DNA of 48,478 nucleotides, counting the filler, from Guillardia theta CCMP2712 (lineage: Eukaryota > Protista > Cryptophyta): NCBI RefSeq assembly GCF_000315625.1. It is 3 parts of 3 records of this genome, joined end to end, with 100 filler letters (N's around TTAATTAATTAA, not from the genome) between each part and the next. Parts side by side here need not be neighbours in the genome. Positions count along the whole stretch, not along the records: positions 38,525 to 48,478 come from NW_005434645.1; 2 more parts are not named here. The stretch is one strand, 5' to 3'. This document shows positions 45,132 to 48,478 of this stretch, piece by piece (position 1 is the stretch's first letter; each line of letters begins with the position of its first letter). The notes under the pieces were generated by a model. That model was not told the DNA's origin and searched no databases. It worked only from the letters and a program-made list of their open reading frames with translations. The translations under genes and the position numbers were made by a program.

Positions 45132-47050
45132 CTATTCCGACATTTCAACTTTGTCTTCCCCCTCCGCTGGGGCCTCTTGCTCCTCCTTCTTGGCTTCCTC
45201 TTTATCCTTTTCGTGCTGCTCCCCAGTTGTCTCTTCCACACTCATCGCCGTATCTCCATCGTCTCTACCTGTTTTCTCCTCTTGATTCTCATCGTCAGCT
45301 TTCTGCCCCTCTGACTTGACCTCCCCTTCGCCCATCTCTTCATCTGCTTGCTGATTGTCTGGCTTCCATCCACTCGAGCTCACTCCCGCCCTCGCTGCTT
45401 CTCCTTCGCCATTGACGTGTGCTCTTGATGGTTCCCCTTGCGGCTGTGAAGAACTTTCGCCATGAGCGACAACGGCGGCAGGAACACTTGCCTGCGGGCT
45501 TCCGAACGTACTCTCCAACTCATCGCTGTCGTAGCTTGAGGCCTCCGAGAGGACCTCCTCCTTCTCCGCCGCCCAGATCTCGTCTGACATCTGCCATACA
45601 TGCATGCTGTCTTCCAGGTCAGACACTGTCGAGATGAGCCAGGGGTCGTGAAGGTTCCAAGTGATGTCGGATATCTTACAAGTGTGCCCGGCATGGACGA
45701 ACATCAGCTCCTCGGGGTCTTCAACGAAGGAATCTCTCTTGCTAGGTGCGTTCGATGTGTCCAGAATGTGGACATTGCGATCGCGGCTGCCTGAGGCCAG
45801 GATGTTTTGACTGTGGGGAGCCCACGAGACGACGTCGACGACATCAGTGTGAGAGTTGATGATGTAGAGCGAATCGTCCATCTTCCTTCTGTCCCACACC
45901 TTGACAACTCCCGCGTCCGCTGATCCCGAGGCAATCGCAAACAGATGATGGTTGATATGATTGAAGGAGATGGAGTTCACCGGGTGCTGCGATACTTCGT
46001 GTATGCTCGTGGGGTCTGAACCAGCCCTCATGTCCCACATCATGACAACTTTGTCGTCTCCGGCGGTTGAAAACGTATCCTCGCAGAAAGGATGCCATGC
46101 CACATCACTCACCACATCAGAATGTTTCCTGAAAGTGTAAATCGGATCCAACCCCCTGATCCCCTGCCTCGATTCTTCGGGCGTGCCATTGATGTCCCAC
46201 ACGCAAACTTTTTGGTCGTAAGATCCACTGAGGACGTAGCCTGTCTTCCTGTCATTCCAAGCCAGTCCGTAACCTTCCTTCGTGTGCCTGCAACAAAGAG
46301 TCACTACAAGCAAGCCTCGGGTTCATCGAGTAGCCGCACCCTCGCAGTAGTAGAGTGTGGCAGAAATTCACGTCGTCGAACTTTTTCTGGGTTCCAATAT
46401 CGAACAAGTAGACCTCGCCATTACCTCCAGATTTCGTTGCAATGATCCTTGAGTTCTGAGGCATGTACCTGGCGCGATTCACCTCCCCTTTGTGAAGCAA
46501 GCGAGTTTCCATCTCAACGTTGGATCTCAGGTATGCATTTTCAGATGGGTGTAATCGGCCTTCCGGCTCATATTCGTTGACTTCTTGCTTTTCACTGAGG
46601 TCTCGTGGGATATTAACAATAGCAACCATCAAGAAGTCTTTCCTTTTCTTGGGGTCAGTGTGTGAGGAGTAGGTTCCAAGGAGCAATCTGTGGGCAAAAA
46701 GTCTGCATCGACCTCCAATTTCTCAGGAAGCCACTGAACAGTTAAACTGGGCCATTCAAGAGCTTGCACCATGGCAAAATCGTACAAGAGAGGAGAATTC
46801 TTCATCCAATTTCTATGGGCTCTGTCGACTTTCTTCTGGAGCTCTTCATCAGTATCGTTTGCATTCGCATTCCTCTTGAGGCTCCAGGTGCCTGCAGGAA
46901 GGCTTGAAGACGATGTTATGGGGACCAATTCATCTGGCGATTTCTTCTGATGTTCTTCCCGTTGTTTCTGCCTTAGATCCTTCTCATATGCCTTCACCAA
47001 TCGACGGCGTCTTTCGAAGTCGGTTTCTGAACTCCTGCATAGTGAACTAT
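45132..47050 (-). CDS. RBBP4/MSI1-like (CAF-1 subunit C) WD40 histone chaperone; multi-exon, may extend to the 47083-47625 ORF
   Basis: NWMKNSPLLYDFAMVQALEWPSLTVQWLP; LLLGT; HKGEVNRARYMPQNSRIIATK; HTKEGYGLAWN; PEELMFVHAGHTCKISDITWN..PW. Confidence 0.9.
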
Positions 47051-48478
47051 GTGAGTCGATGATAAAGATCAGGGCGCAATCTTTACCTGCCGTCGTCATC
47101 CCACCGCCGAAAAGATCCTGGAGGGATGATGCCTTGCCTTGCCTCGAATGCTTCCAAGGTTTCATTAGAATTCGCCAGCTTCACTTGTTGCCTTGGTCGA
47201 CGATAATTGTTCTTTGCAAGTTTTGCGAATTCACTTGCTGTGAGTTGACCATGGCCGCTGACATTTATCTTGACCTCGAAGTTTGCAGCGAGGATCAGCT
47301 CTCCATCTGCTCGAACACCTTTGTTATCTCCAGTTCCCGTCACATAGACCCTGATGCCGTTGATCGCAGACGAGTTCGGCGTAGCTCTGTGCATAGCATA
47401 ACGGGGAAAGGCAGGGCTGGAGGACGAATTCCACGAGTTTGACGTGGGAAGATTCCACTGCCCAGATGATGACCCGAGACCCTGATTGAATCCAACGTGC
47501 TGGTACGGATACATCTCAATCTTACTAATGTACCTGTGCAAAAATGAGCATTCATATTTCATCTCGTAGAACTCTGGATCTTGTGATGACCTATGAGAAT
47601 GAAAATCGGCAGGTTTGATCTTCAATTCTCACAGAGCTGATATGAAGACTCTAGGAATCAGGGGATGAGTTGATGCAGTGAGAGGAGGAAGCTTGGCAAA
47701 GAGATGCATGCAAGGGAGAACCAGGTCAGGCATGACAGCTGTGGGAGATTCTTCACTAGAGTTAGGACAACCAGCAAGGGAGATGGAGAGGGCAAACAGA
47801 GATAGAACAGATCCAAACAGAGCTAGCAGTGCAAGTGCATCTTTGTAGTACATAGAGGAAGAAATGCTACTCTGCTGGAGATGGAGAAGAATGAGAAAGT
47901 GGGATGGAATGCAGACAGGGAAGAGAGAGGAATGCGAGAGGAAGGCGAGGAGGAAGTGAAGCAGAATATCAAGAGGTAGAGCAGAGGAGGAGAGGAGAGG
48001 CCATCGGTGACGCCATGGCGGGCAGCTCTCATGCGTGTCCGCGGGTTCAGCGGCATGGAGCGGAAATGGCGGGAAACTCGTAAGGTCTGTAGTCAAGATA
48101 GGAGAAAATATTCATTTGCATTCGAAAAATTATTGAAATGTTTTATGTAATTTCTAAATTAAAAAAGAATATTTATATCACTCTTGAAATGCTCTCCGCA
48201 CGTAGTGAAGGTGACTAGGTGATATTGACTATAGGCATGGTGCAGAGATGAGGCATGTTTATCTCCCACATCCCCACCCTGACCCCGGTATGGACCTCAT
48301 GAAACCGCGAGACTGGGAGAGCCAGAAATTTGCCCGCCCGACAACTGGCCCGATAACCGCAATGAGGGAGGGAGGGAGGGAGGGAGGGAGGGAGGGAGGG
48401 AGGGAGGGAGGGAGGGATGGAGGGAGGGAGGGGGGGGGGGGGGGGGATGGATGGAGGGCAGGGAGGGGGGGATGGATT

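Overview
Eukaryotic, intron-rich draft-assembly window with short GT-AG introns, CTGAC branch points, microsatellite-filled introns and N-gaps with TTAATTAATTAA linkers. The style suggests a cryptophyte such as Guillardia theta, but that is inference only. The flanks hold ordinary genes: a TPR protein and an NSD/ASH1-type PHD-SET methyltransferase on the left; a lipase, a hypothetical protein, an EGF/FUT8-like fucosyltransferase and an RBBP4/MSI1 WD40 protein on the right. The centre (~15-38 kb) looks like an immunity/mobile-DNA island. Main observation: two ~108-bp tandem repeat arrays (17.83-18.90 kb and 27.87-30.01 kb) read on the minus strand as arrays of single-codon exons. Each unit is AG|NNN|GTRAGY, and none of the 28 triplets is a stop. 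Spliced in phase 0, array 1 gives MAYRGILGDV-CCVC...CQHC and runs in frame into an LRR-ROC-COR-(TIR-like) Roco gene. Array 2 gives (M)AGWDEDGGWINAYYGRRY-CCNC...CSHC and runs into an MLKL/HeLo-like - SAM - caspase-like gene. Both arrays follow the same duplicated promoter/5'UTR, which sits head-to-head with a putative PD-(D/E)XK nuclease ORF. Array cassettes are duplicated and reordered at a conserved hairpin and carry different codons in near-identical flanks, suggesting a combinatorial N-terminal diversification system for cell-death/immune effectors. Both host genes carry lesions (pseudogenes or assembly errors). Non-LTR retrotransposon remnants, a 19-bp satellite and a TTTAGGG-flanked segment are also present. 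All gene models were assembled by eye; no RNA data or searches were available.
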